Source: Lingula anatina (Eukaryota > Animalia > Brachiopoda). From it: a DNA stretch of 64,000 nt. Position numbers and translations under genes: made by a program. The first letter of the stretch is position 1. Each line of letters starts with the position of its first letter. The notes under the pieces were generated by a model. The model searched no databases. It had not been told where the DNA came from and worked only from the letters and a program-made list of their open reading frames with translations. Below are positions 1 through 12,499 of this stretch, in pieces. Location: NCBI GenBank assembly GCA_051362555.1, contig CM120643.1:5828001-5892000 (forward strand), in the 5' to 3' direction.

Positions 1-1626
1 GTGAGATTCTGCGCAAAATTTGGACGCAAACAGCCCATAAGAGCCCGTACGGCCTGTGACTGAGGCTCAAGGTACTTCACTTCCCTAGCAACTGTTGCTA
101 AGCAACCCTTTGAAATTTTTGGCACTACCCTTAGAAATGATCAGCATAGTCCAAGGAACATTTGTGCTAAGTTTCATGCTTTTTCCACCTTCTGAGTAAT
201 TTTTACAGCAATCACATGTACTTATAGGTAATTTCCTTGCATGGTTTCCGCACGTTCGAACACTCAAAGCGAAGGCTAGATTTTGCGTTTTAGAGATGAT
301 TTCAAACGCCGATTTTATGCCGATTTATGATTGAAATGATGTTAAATCGCATTTCTACGGTAATATTAAACCTTCAGGATTTTACAGTTATATGAATAAT
401 AACAAAATAGTACATGGTAAATGGTAAAGTTACAAGCAATAAAAATGTTACATTACAGAAAGAAGTTGGAGTAGTTTTTACATGCTATTTTTCATTTACA
501 TTTTAATACCATACCTTGTTCAGATACCTAGATTTATCTGCAAAGTTAACGAGGGTAATGTCTTGTCAACATGCTTGCGTCATTGCCAAGAAGACGGCTG
601 AGGGATTATCTTCAGCACTCGAACCTGCTGTATCTTGTTCGACATGACACCTTATTAGATACTCAGGAAGGTTCTCCTATTGCGGTATTATCACCCTCGA
701 CAAGAATATTTTGCCGGAAACAGGAATGTGATCTATCACCTGATTTATGTAATTAATGTAATGTAAACTCTGTGCTAGACTGGTGGACGTTAAAAGGTCC
801 ACAAAATTCATTATTATTATAATATTGTCTAAAAGGTCGTTTTACCACTTCTTGTTTTCTGTAATGCAGTTTGGTTGTTATTCACCTATAGGGGAAGTAT
901 CAACAGGTGCTTGTTTTTTATTTCCGGTGTATTTATTCCATCATGAATGACAAGATGAAAAACAAATGGTCACATAAATAACGACTGATGGTTTTCCTTC
1001 CAGTTGGTGTCCCTTTCGGCTGACACAATGATCGATAGATAATTTTAATAAGATCTAATACGATGACTGAGCACTTGGTCCATAAACTTCCTTTACACAT
1101 GGTTGGTGTTCAAATCATAATGAAAATTATGCTCTCTAAACGTGGAAATCAAATAGATGCCAATTCTAGGATGTACAAGTTACATTTCTGTAAAGGGAGC
1201 ATAGGGCCTAATTGCGAAATTCGCAACCCTCCGTTTTTTAAAACGTATTTCATCCCCTCCATTTTTTAAAACGAATTTAATCTCAAGTAACATTGCATGC
1301 ATAAAGACAGAGGGAACAGAGACTGCCTGCTAGCCAAACAATATTTTGATTTTGTCACTGAAAAACAACTGAGAATATTTTCTGATACAAACACTCCTCA
1401 ATATTCTTCTTCTCTTTCAGGGAAAACGCCCAGTGCAGATTCAGACATGACGTATTGACATAACAACCAATGATATTCTTTCACTTGTATATACTGGTAT
1501 ATCTATATTTTGGTATATCTATATATATATATTTTGCTAAACGAAACGGGAAGCAGATATCTACATTTCAGCTATTAAGCAAACCAAATATCAGAGTTGA
1601 CTTTAGTTGCGTTGGAGAGATACAAA

Positions 1627-2721
1627 ATGCTGAACTATTCAGCTAAAGATTTTATAACAGAGGACGCCAACATGACGCTCAACAAAACGTCTACGGTGGC
1701 TTCAGCGTGCACGGATCTGGTATCATGCCTGCCTTTCATCACAGTGGAAGTCATCTTGTTAGTTGCGACGATTGTTGGCAACATCATTTTCATTGCAGCA
1801 TTTGCAAAGTTTAAGGAACTTCGAGAGCCAACAAACTATATCTTGTTGAGTCTCTCAATTACAGATCTAGTCACTGGCCTCGTTGCCATGCCGATTCACA
1901 TAGTCACTGTGTATTTCGTTGACAACTTACCCGGGTTACGTCATCTCGCATCCGAAAAATATTTTTGTCTGTTTAAGACTGCCACTGGATCCGGACTGAT
2001 ACTTATATCACTTTTTCACCAAACATTAATCGCATTTGACAGATACTTTAAGATCTGTCGACATGTCCAGCACGTAAAACTATTTAACAAAAAGAGACTG
2101 ACCTCGGCCATAGTCTTTACATGGCTGTACGGGTTGGCCCTCTCCATCCCTCCTTTGTTTGGCTGGAATGATTGGTCCCCAGATAAAGAATGCAGGGGTA
2201 ATATAGTCCATCCAAAACACATGCGATTCTTGGTGACGCCGCACCTGCCAATCTGCCTCCTGATAACATTCGGGTGTTATTGCGCCATATTTCGACGCGT
2301 CCGGCAGCAAAGACAGAAAATTGGAGTGAACCGCATTCAGATGAATATGCCAGGTACCTCTACCGCGAAGACAGAAAACCAGACCAAACAGGAGAGAGAA
2401 GAATTTCGAGGAGGAAAAGCCCTGTCTGTCAAACCTGAGGAATCCAACTCGAAAGGATCATTAGATGAAATGCAAGTCAAAGTGGCAAAGATGACTGCCA
2501 TAATAGTAGGTACGTTTACTTTGTTATTTATTCCTTATACGCTTCTGTCAGCGTTTGATGGATACATTGTACACAATAGAGTGACCTTTCATATTATTTT
2601 TAACATTTCAATCGAACTGTTGATGCTAAGTTCAGTCACTAATCCCTTGATTTACGGAATTTTGAACAAACGTGTGGGAAAGTTTATGATTGGGGCATGC
2701 CAATGCAAGCCCGTAGAATAA
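1627..2721 (+). CDS. Orphan rhodopsin-like (class A) GPCR, single coding exon, 364 aa
   Basis: Seven hydrophobic segments with GN (TM1), LSITD (TM2), C3.25 and DRY (TM3), W..P (TM4), ECL2 Cys, FTLLFIPY (TM6) and NPLIY (TM7), plus C-terminal CQC. First in-frame ATG is at 1627 (the track's 1597 start is TTG). Polypyrimidine/AG acceptor at 1401-1420 implies an upstream 5'UTR intron. Confidence 0.95.
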   Translation: MLNYSAKDFITEDANMTLNKTSTVASACTDLVSCLPFITVEVILLVATIVGNIIFIAAFAKFKELREPTNYILLSLSITDLVTGLVAMPIHIVTVYFVDNLPGLRHLASEKYFCLFKTATGSGLILISLFHQTLIAFDRYFKICRHVQHVKLFNKKRLTSAIVFTWLYGLALSIPPLFGWNDWSPDKECRGNIVHPKHMRFLVTPHLPICLLITFGCYCAIFRRVRQQRQKIGVNRIQMNMPGTSTAKTENQTKQEREEFRGGKALSVKPEESNSKGSLDEMQVKVAKMTAIIVGTFTLLFIPYTLLSAFDGYIVHNRVTFHIIFNISIELLMLSSVTNPLIYGILNKRVGKFMIGACQCKPVE

Positions 2722-3741
2722 GGGTTTAAGGCATCAGGCGGTCGGTATATATGATCAAATGTCGTTCTTTCACACAGGCACACATGCACGCAACAAATAT
2801 ATGTTATGAAGGTTATACACACTAATTTAGGGGATGGGGAACTTAATTCGGTTTTGATTAGTTCATCAGTTACAGTCTTTTTCTGGTTAGTTGTTGTGTA
2901 GAGTACTTGTCCTTTTTACGGGTTTCGATACTGGTACGTTGTAAAGACCAATTTTTTTGTCTCTTTTTTTTTTTTTTTTTTTTTGGCACACTTATCTTGA
3001 TGATAATGGAATAACAATCACTTTTAGAGCACAACCACCCTTATTTGTTGTCTTATTCATCACCCCACTCGCTTCTGTATATTGGGTGGTTTATGCTTCG
3101 GAGATCACAGCCCCTAATTACGGTGGTACCATTAAACAAAGACAATGTTTATCCTCTTTAATGACAGCATTATTAATTCTTTGAAGAAAATATCGATTGT
3201 ATCCTTACTGTTGTGATTAACTAAGCGTTCGAACGGTGTTTAAAGCTGTTCAGGTGAGGGAGATCTGCTCGAAATCGATACGACACGTTTTAACCCAAAT
3301 CCGCTGTTGTTAGGCATCAGCTTGAGTTAGCAAATTCATCCCGATGCATTGGCCTATTATATTCATGCGACAGCATTATTTTCTTATATAACAGTGATTA
3401 TTGCCGTATTGTCCAAGAGAATAAGGAAAAATCCTAACGTATCGAACCCCTCGAGCTATCATTAAATTGGGTTTACATATCTGATTTTGAATCTAGCTGA
3501 TTCAGTTCATGTACTTTATTGCGCAAGGAGTAATTGTTATATCCATTGCAAATGTAATTAGATAATTATCTTTATATTGTAATTATTGTTCTTTGTTATT
3601 GATGTAAGTATGTATCAGGATATTTATATTTTTTGATAAGCATGACATTGTAAAGTAATGCCATATAATCTTCTTTTTCGCTGAAGAGCACATTTTCTAG
3701 TAATTCGACTTACTATTGAATAACACCTTCAGGTTTGTCTA

Positions 3742-4400
3742 TTTTTATATACAGACACTGTATATATATATATATTCTGATGGGTCTGTCTGTCCGCGAC
3801 GTCGCCGTTGCTGTCGCTTTCCGACACATAACTGCCAAACCGTATTTTTGTTTTACTTTAAATTAGCCGAGTGGCTTTGTTTTGTAAAGAGACGGGTTTG
3901 CTTTCGAAAATCAAAATGATCATTTTACATTTACGGTAATTATTTGTTTTTTTTTCACGATTTTGGTCACGTTCGCCCCATAACTGCCAAATCGAATTTG
4001 GGTTTTACTTTAAGTTTACTGAGTGGTTTTGTTTGGTAAAGAGGCAGGTTGATTTCTAAAATCGGCATGATCGGTTTACATTTACGGTAAGTATTTTTTT
4101 TTTTTTTGGCACAAATTTTTTGACGTTCGCCATACAGCTTCCAAATCTTATTTTTGATTTAATTTAAATTTACTGAGTGGCTTTGTTTGGTAAAAAGGCA
4201 GGTTGCTTTCCAAAATAAGCATGGTCAATTTACATTTATGGTAATTATTCTTTTTTGCGTGAAATTTTCACACATTAGCATTCTCAGAGGCTTCAGATCA
4301 GATCATATCAGATCAAAAAGACTAATATATCATATCATTCCGTTACACATACGTGGAATAAACATATCCAAGGGAATCAGCATTTTTCTTCAGACTCTAG
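3742..4400 (+). mobile_element. Helentron-associated non-autonomous element (HINE/DINE-1-like)
   Basis: Begins TTTTTATATACAGACAC, followed by a GTCT/GTCGC microsatellite and about three ~150-bp internal core repeats. The 3' end is approximate. Confidence 0.55.
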
Positions 4401-4955
4401 CGTCCCGAAAATAATCTCAAAGCTTTAAACTAGGGGCGCTGTCAAAACATACGTCCCCAGGGGCACAGCCTTGGATCGTGTTATTTTGGTAAGAGTTAGT
4501 TAATTAGGTAGGTAGGCAGTTTAACCAAGGCATGAGCCGACCACCTCCAAACACTTTTTTCTACGTAATGTCTGAACATTTGACAGCTTTGCTGCCTAGT
4601 TTCCTGTATGGTGTCTGTATATTTGTCAGCTTTGCTGTCTAGTTGATATTGTATATCTTAGCACTGTGTGGTTCATTTGTTAATATTCAAGATAAAAGAA
4701 ACTTCAGTTTATTCAGAATAACGTAAATTAAGGATCATGGTTATGTGTATAAGGTTATTTTCAAGTTACTCAACAAACACAGAAGGGTGTGAAAACTGTT
4801 TTTTAGAGAAAAATAGTATTTGATATGCTTCAGTCTGTTTTTGTTCTTGTAATGTTTTGCAATCTGAAATAAAATAATCAGTGTATATATTGACAATTAA
4901 TATTTAAGATTTTATTCCTTACTTAATATTGCTAATATATATGAAATATTATTAA

Positions 4956-5226
4956 AGGGATAATAACTCTTCGTTTCGGCCAAAAATGAATTTTCCTGGA
5001 GTAAACAACAATTTTCCTTTACATTCAAAGTTAGCTTCTGGGTTTTTTTCTAAAAAGTTTGTTTAGAATAGCCAGGAGGTCACGTGGTCTAAACACAAGC
5101 TCAGATATCAGAATAATAGCTATAACTGCCGTTTTTGTGGTAACACAGAATATATTATATTTCTATGAGTTGTTCACAATATTTTTATTGTGAAATATAG
5201 ATCTCATACAAAGAGTTATTATCCCT
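4956..5226. mobile_element. MITE with TTAA TSD (Kolobok-like)
   Basis: TIR AGGGATAATAACTCTT / AAGAGTTATTATCCCT, flanked by TTAA (4952-4955, 5227-5230). Related copies at 10298-10644 and about 25425-25752. Confidence 0.8.
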
Positions 5227-6081
5227 TTAATCATATCGTTGCAGTGTTCAAAGTTGTAGCAAAGTACGTTACCAGAAGCAGTTTTGATCTGATATTATGA
5301 TCAGTAATTTTTCTTTTATGTTCTAATGCCATGTGTTTTAGAACATGCATCACTCCTTCATAAATAACATGTAAAATCCAACTTTTAGTTGCTATATATA
5401 ATGATTATAATAATTTTTATGTTTTCACTGTATCGTTGCATTCAGTTTTGTCAACTATCTGACTACAAGTTACTGTACAATCAAATTATTTCAACATTAG
5501 TTGTCATAGCCCAATTGCCTGATTCACAATAATACTTAATTTAGTTTATTGGCTACAATTTTAGCTTACTAAGGTTAATAAAATTATTAAGTCTGCTATG
5601 AATTTAATAATAGTAATTCTAATAACAAAATACAACAAAGGTGCCTTTTATAAAAATCTTAAAGGTCGCTTAATTGCTTCATTAATTTTGATCTATCAAC
5701 TGAACCCAATGCTATAACTCTGATCGTCATTACGATTTGTTTACTGTCACTGGTGACAGTAGCTCATTTAAGTATATGGCCAATACATTTACTGCGTGAC
5801 AATCAATAAAAATAAATCTTTAATCACAAGGTTGACCTTGTGTAGTCGGATCTTCAATTTTAGCAGTGTTAACCTTAGCCCAGGAAATCTTTTGTGAAAC
5901 AAGCTATTCCAGATATTTTATTGCAGAAATTGTATTGATGTTGCTTATTGTTCTTACTGAGACTGCGTATTATTAAAACATGTTGTGACAATTTCTGTTG
6001 TTTTTGTTCTGAATTCAGTTTAGTTTTTATCACACCATAGCAATGATTAATAGCTAGAGAAGTAAATACGATGAACTGCAC

Positions 6082-6289
6082 CAGGGGCGGATCCAGGATT
6101 ATTTGAAGGGGGGGGGCGCTTAAGGGCCCCGAAAAATTTTGGTATTTTAGAAGGCGAACGGTGCCATTTGGTACTGTTTAGAACTAAGATTCAGCTAGAT
6201 AAAAATTCTAATTTCAAGAGGGGACCAGAAATTAAAGGGGGGGGGGGGGGGGTCAGGGCCCCCCTGACCCCCCTCTAAATCCGCTACTG
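6082..6289. mobile_element. hAT-type MITE
   Basis: Imperfect TIR CAGGGGCGGATCCAG / CTAAATCCGCTACTG with exact 8-bp TSD AACTGCAC (6074-6081, 6290-6297). Confidence 0.9.
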
Positions 6290-8689
6290 AACTGCACCCA
6301 TTTCACATCTCCTCCTTCTCCCGCGTTTTCTTTGAAATGAAAACGGTTCTACGTCGTCAAAAACTGAAAATATCGAAAACTACCCTTTTTCGTAAATACC
6401 AACGTACATTTTTACCCGAATCAACTGAGAAAATATATCGAATGCTGTTTTTGAATTGATTTAGGTAAGAACAGGCCAGCGTGCTTTTCTTTCGTCGAGA
6501 TCCCTGGCACTTGCTGTACTGTGTTAAGTCATCGCGTTGTAGTTTATTTATAAGACCGTACGAACTTTGATCAGATTAATAGTCCTAGATACAGTTTATT
6601 TTATTCATTTATGTATTTTACTATCTTTTTAAGAGGGCTGTGTTATGTACAGGGTTCATTTGGGTCTTTACGGTTATTATATTTAAAGATTTACCAAAGG
6701 CGTGCTTTCCATACCTGATTGTTAATTAATTTTCTGTGGAGACACAAAAGTCACTAAGCTATTCTCAGAAAGAGTGTAACAGCATTGTCAAGTAATATGT
6801 TATTAAGATTTTGTTCAGCACTCGACCCTGCTCTTGTTCGACATGATAGATCAACAGGTTTTCCAAGTGCGGCATTATCGCCTTAAAGAAGATTAACTGA
6901 ATATTTTGCAGGAACGAGGAAAACGTCGTGCTTGCCTATCCACTTGTTTTCTGTCTGGCAGATTGCTTATTATAGTTGGTATATGCGAACTCTAATTTGC
7001 TAATTATAAATAGCTGTAGATATACATTTATTTATTTATTTTATTTGTGGGGAGTGTCTGGTTTATACGGACTTTGTTCGGGCCTATACATTTTTAGATG
7101 TATTTAAGAGGTAAAGGGGTAAAATTTCCGCACTCTCACACAATGTCATCAACGGCGTTTTTTTATGAGCTTAAAAATGTCAAAATCATTTTTTAAGTCA
7201 AAAGATGACTCCGGCCAACCAATGAAAACAACTTACACCATTAAGTTATTCGGCTTGAGCTACTTTTCCAGAAGAGCACATGTTCACGACGCTGGATTAA
7301 ACTGATAGCTAATTTTGATGGCTGACCACTTCAAATTGTGCAATGGGGGCATTTTGACATAACAGGCTTCTCTTGAAAACACGTAGGCTTTGTATAATTT
7401 GCAATTTTAAGGAAAAATAAACGTCATCGGAAATGAAGTAATCATCGACGGACTGGTATTTTATTCCGTTAATATTTAGCGAAATCTAGCAATAGAGTTG
7501 ACGTAAGAATTATAAAAGTTGTTCCTATGTTTAATCCATCAAAATCTAGGCCGATGTGACAGGAATGCAGTATAGTCCGCCAGGAACCGTAGTCCGTTCC
7601 TCATTATTTTGTACAGGTGACATACTATTGACTAACCCTAACCTGTACTAATGTTAAGGGACCACGGACTTCAATTCCTACATGTAGACGTCTGGCGTTG
7701 TTTTTCTTATAAAACCAAGGTAAAATAACCGAAGAGCTAGTATTACTCACCAATTAAAATATATTTCTTATCACCTGTGTCTCCAAAACATGAAATACAC
7801 GACAAAGCCGAGAGTCCTTGGGCTTAGACACACCTAAATCAGTGAAATTAAATAAAGATAATGAAGACAATCATGATTTGCTAAAGGGGCTTTACCCCTG
7901 TAGAAATGGGCTATTGGTAAAACTTGAACTGTGAAAATATCGTGCACTGATTGGCTGAGAGTAGCTGGTGATTGACAGCCAGCCACAGGTCAGCAGATTC
8001 GGAGGCGTTGGTTTTCCGCTAAAACCTAGATGCGATGTCTGCAGAGGTAATTTTTGCTCACTGATTTAAATGTATTATATTCCTTATAATCTGTGTCTCC
8101 AAACCAGATGAAATTAAAGAGCAAAATTGCGATAAATGAGTTGACATACAATACATCAACTAAAGCCGGTAATAAGTGACTTGGTGTTCCAACTCGCGAT
8201 GTAAAACGTGATCATTTTTTATCTATCTATCTATCTATCTATCAGCTATAACGTACTCATACTGTGTTAGCAATAGAATATTGAGAACCGATCTTGTTGT
8301 GCTTGAACTTCGGCATAAAAATCATTAAATTTGCGCGCATCGTTCCTTTCTCCGCAAATGAAAATTGCTTATATTACTCTAGCAATTTGGTTACAGAAAC
8401 ACTTGACCCGCGCGAGATACATTTTTTCTTGAAGAGATGAAAGGTGGAGTTAGGCGAGATTCTTTTTTCACTGTTCAGTACTATAATAAGTTAACAATAA
8501 CGTTCAACCAGGACAAAAACAAAACATAATAAAAAACGTTGTCACGATACATTTATGCTTATGCGTTGTCTTTGTTACAACAATAAACAATGATAAAATA
8601 TAATTCTGGTACCAGTAATAAGTTGTCTGGGACCTGTTTCAGAAAACTATTGAAGTCCTTTGGCTTCGACATATCTAAATTGGTTAGAT

Positions 8690-9065
8690 GGCTCAGAGTT
8701 GCCGATAAAAGCTAGATAAAAATCGCTTACTGCCCTTAAAAACTAAAAGCCTCGAGTTGCTGGGTAAAAATTTTAATAGGGTTTGAGCTGGATCAGTCAT
8801 GAAGGAAGCTGTCTTATTTTTTATTTTTAACCCTATCGAGATAAATGGAATGAATGGGAGTAAGATTCGTTCCAATTACATTACCTGCCGTTTCAACAAT
8901 CTCTTCTAGTTGTTTTTTATCCTCTACAGTTTCACGCCCATACCAAACAGTTACAGCGTAAGTTAAAATAATTTTTAAAACACACCTATAAAAGTTCGTT
9001 AAAATAGACACATTCCTGGTAAAAGCTTTCAATTTCCTTAAAAAGTGCATTCACTGTCTTGCTTT
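8690..9065 (-). mobile_element. LINE fragment (L2/Rex-Babar-like, DUF1891-type region C-terminal to RT)
   Basis: Translation HFLRKLKAF...LTNFYRCVLKIILTYAVTVWYG...DKKQLEEIVETAGNVIG, continuing after a frameshift as MTDPA...FLPS. Confidence 0.8.
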
Positions 9066-9846
9066 TTAAAATCATTTCGTGAAGATACTCATCAATATAA
9101 AATGTGTGTCCCTATGCTCGGCAAATGTAAAACAGTGTAGTATGACACAAATGAAAAACACAGTCTCACACTAAGGTATTGTACATTGTAAGTAATACAT
9201 CTTATTGCAGATATATGAACAACTTCATTCTACATTTGTACAGAATGATCTTCTGTTATTTCGGATCGGTAGATGGAGGAACTGACGTCCCAAGAGACGT
9301 TCATTAAAGACCTTTTAACGATATTCTTTAGTGAGATAAATGGTGATTTGGCCTCCTATTTGTTCATATTTACAGTGGCTAACAGCTTGTCACATCAGGA
9401 CCATTTCCCCCCGGACAGTTCCCCCCTGGACGCCCCCCCCCCCCCAAGAAATATATATTTATGTAAAATTATAAAGGAAAGAGTATAAAGTTCAAATCTT
9501 TTCATCCATTTTATGAATATTTCTTAGTGTGATGATGCAACTCAAGGATAGAGAATGCTAATTTCATTAAACAAATCATTTACAAGTACAGACAATTTTA
9601 GAAATGGAAGTACAGAAAATTTAATTAAAAATCTGATCAAAGTATATCTCCAGGTAAAGGTGGGGTAAACAGATGGTCTCAATCTCAGGTAACCCTTTGA
9701 TGAATTAACTGTTACTTTTAATTGCTTCATTCCCCCCCTTGATTAAGTAAGCTTTGAATCAAGGTGCATCTCTAGGGAAAGGTGGGGTATACAGATTCTT
9801 TCTTATCTAGGTATCCCTTTGATTATCTGTCACTTTTAATTGCTTG

Positions 9847-10076
9847 ACTACTACCCACCTACTCACTACCCACTACCCACTACCTACTACCCACTACCTA
9901 CTACCCACTACCTACTACCCACCTACCCACTACCTACTACCCACCTACCCACTACCTACTACCTACCTACCCACTACCTACTACCCACTACCTACCTACC
10001 CCACTACCCACCTACCCACTACCTACCTACCCACTACCTACTACCCACCTACCCACTACCTACCTACCCACTACCT
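9847..10076. repeat. CCTA/CCCACTA compound microsatellite
   Basis: About 230 bp of CTACCCAC/CTAC units; source of the spurious YPLPTTH ORFs. Confidence 0.95.
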
Positions 10077-10297
10077 GTCACACTGAAAATATTCATAAAA
10101 TATCTGTTTACCTGTCCACCTGCTTTCCCCAACTTTACCTGGAGGATAGGTGGTTATACTTTTATAAGATTTTAAATAATACTTTCCGTACTTGTACTCA
10201 ACAAAAAAGGACTTTGTAATGAAGTAATTTGTTTAATGATGAAGTTTTATTATTACGCTAAAACATTAATAAATTGGATGAAATGTTTTGAACTTAA

Positions 10298-10644
10298 AGG
10301 GGTAATAACTCTTCGTATGAGCTCTATATTTCACAATAAAAACATTGAGAACAACTCATAGAAATATAATATACTCTGTTTTACCACAGAAATGGCAGTT
10401 ATAGCTATTATTCTGATATCTGAGCTTGTCTTCAGACCACGTGACCGCCATTGACGGCTATACTCTGTTATAATCTCTTAAGAGATTTTAACAAAAAACC
10501 AAACTTTTTTGAAAAAAACCAGGGACTAACTTTGAATGTAAAAATAGATTCATTAACCATTGGCAAGTATGGGAAAATTGTTGTTTACTCTAGGAAAATT
10601 CTTTTTTTTTTAGCCAAAAATTTTAATGAAGAGTTATTACCCCT
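10298..10644. mobile_element. Kolobok-like MITE (TTAA TSD) nested in the foldback element
   Basis: TIR AGGGGTAATAACTCTTC / GAAGAGTTATTACCCCT with TTAA on both sides; same family as 4956-5226 in opposite orientation. Confidence 0.85.
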
Positions 10645-11963
10645 TTAACACTAATTTACTTTATATTTGTATATAAATATATGTTTCTATGGGGGGGGGA
10701 GGGGGGGGGGCGAATCATCCAGGGGAGAATTGTCCTGGGGGGGAGGGAGAATTGTCCTGGGGGGGGGGGGGGTTGTCCTGGGGGGGAATTGTCCAAGGAT
10801 CCTCTACAGCTCAGGGTAAATCTACTGCTATCAACTTAATAAGTATCTCATGAATAAAGGCTAATTATCAAAGCAAAGCCAATTGTCTGTTTGATAAGAA
10901 CAATATGACAACATGACACATTTTAAGATATAAGAGGTGAACTGTTGATGCGAAAAATCAATGCAACTCAATCAATGGAACTTGAGTGTGAATTTTTGAC
11001 TCTTTCTTTTCATGTGCATTTCACAAAAATCTGCATTTCTGCAATAAAAGAATTCTATTACTGATAGGCTGTTTTTTTAAATCAAGCTGTATATCAGCCC
11101 TATTAATCTTTTCTTTGAGTATGAGAATAATTAGTTAGGTTTTCCTTAATATAAATAGTCTTCATTAGCCTCTACCAGGGTGGCAGATATTAAAGGCACA
11201 TTTATCACATTTCCAAAGTCAAATGTCTATCTTTTTATAAGACACATCTGTGAATATCTTGTGAAAAAGCAACCTGTGGCCCTGGTAGAGGGTAGGTCTT
11301 TATAGTGACAGTGACCAAAATAGGGTTTTTGTCAATTTTATTGCAATATTACAAAATGCTTTATCACCACCAATTTAAATTATGCACAGCAGGTAACATA
11401 GATAGTCAGCACATGTGACAAGGAAAAAGTCTTCAGGAACATGGAAGTTCAAGGTCACAAAATTGTCTAACTTTATGAAAAATGTTTAATTTAGTAATAT
11501 ACATCATTCCTATAAGTTTGAAGAGAATAGGTCAAATAGTTTTTCCTCAAAGGATGTTATCTGAATGAATCTAGGTTTAAAAAAAAAGAATATTAATAAT
11601 AATAAATAAATAAATAAATAAATAAATAAAATCCCTCTGAACATTTATCATGGGACCCTACACTTAACCAGCCTGGGGTCCGGGGGCCACCTTAGGAATT
11701 GAATTTAAAAACGCAGAAATTCCGCGGTTCCATGGAAAAAGCTCATGTCTGTATCTGTATTGCATCTATACTGAAGTAAATACAGAAACCAACAACTTAT
11801 GAAAATAATGGTATAATCAAGTGGATTTTCTAACTCCACCTGTACTTAATGAACACTTATCAGTTGTGTAAGTTTGAAGACATAAGTTTACATAGTTTTC
11901 TAATAATAATATTTTAGTTAAACCATCACTTGAAATGCACTGCAACTTTTTGTTGAAGATCTT

Positions 11964-12178
11964 AGGGTGCATTCCCATAGATTTTGGATCGATCTATCCC
12001 CATGGGGAGTCTCACTAGATTACTGTCAGATAATCCGGCTTAAATGTCGGTCCCGCCTACTACAAGCTGTAAGGGGGTAATTAACTTCCGTGCGTGGTTG
12101 GCTGACTGCAATTTAGCATGAACCCCCAGGGAGATGGGTCTATCTAGTGAGATCGATCTAAATCTCTGGGAATGCCCT
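11964..12178. mobile_element. Small palindromic MITE
   Basis: GCATTCCCATAGATTTTGGATCGATCT is matched by the inverted AGATCGATCTAAATCTCTGGGAATGC. Confidence 0.6.
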
Positions 12179-12499
12179 CTTACACTTCCTCTGTAGCTGC
12201 TTTTTAATTGCAATACCTTATGTGAATTGGCTTCAGAATAGATGGTTATTTACTATGTAAGAGAGCAAGAAAGTTTTATACGTATTTTGTTTCATTTAAT
12301 TTTTATGGACTTTTTTAAATACAAATTTTTAAAATTATCCTAGTATTTGAAGTGAAGTTTTTAGCTTTTAAATCTTCAGAGTTAAGACAATAACCCATTT
12401 CACGCGTTCAAGTTGGATAATTTTATTTTGTTAGTACATCTTTAAGTTTACTATTTAGAAAATGATTTCCCATCATATTTGATCTACGTTTCTACCCAT

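Larger units (their letters stand above)
9395..10802. mobile_element. Long foldback-type non-autonomous DNA transposon
   Basis: Ends GGACCATTTCCCCCCGGACAGTTCCCCC and GGGGGAATTGTCC(A/T) repeats are inverted. Inner arms ~9490-9530 / ~10255-10293 and ~9608-9670 / ~10127-10190 are also inverted. Confidence 0.6.

Noticed and set aside
1597-2721. Opsin or biogenic-amine receptor assignment
   Set aside because: No Lys7.43 and no Asp3.32; no gene symbol can be supported.
9840-10175. Pro/Thr/Tyr/His-rich (adhesive- or extensin-like) ORFs; telomeric repeat
   Set aside because: Translation of a microsatellite within a transposon; units are not TTAGGG or TTAGG.
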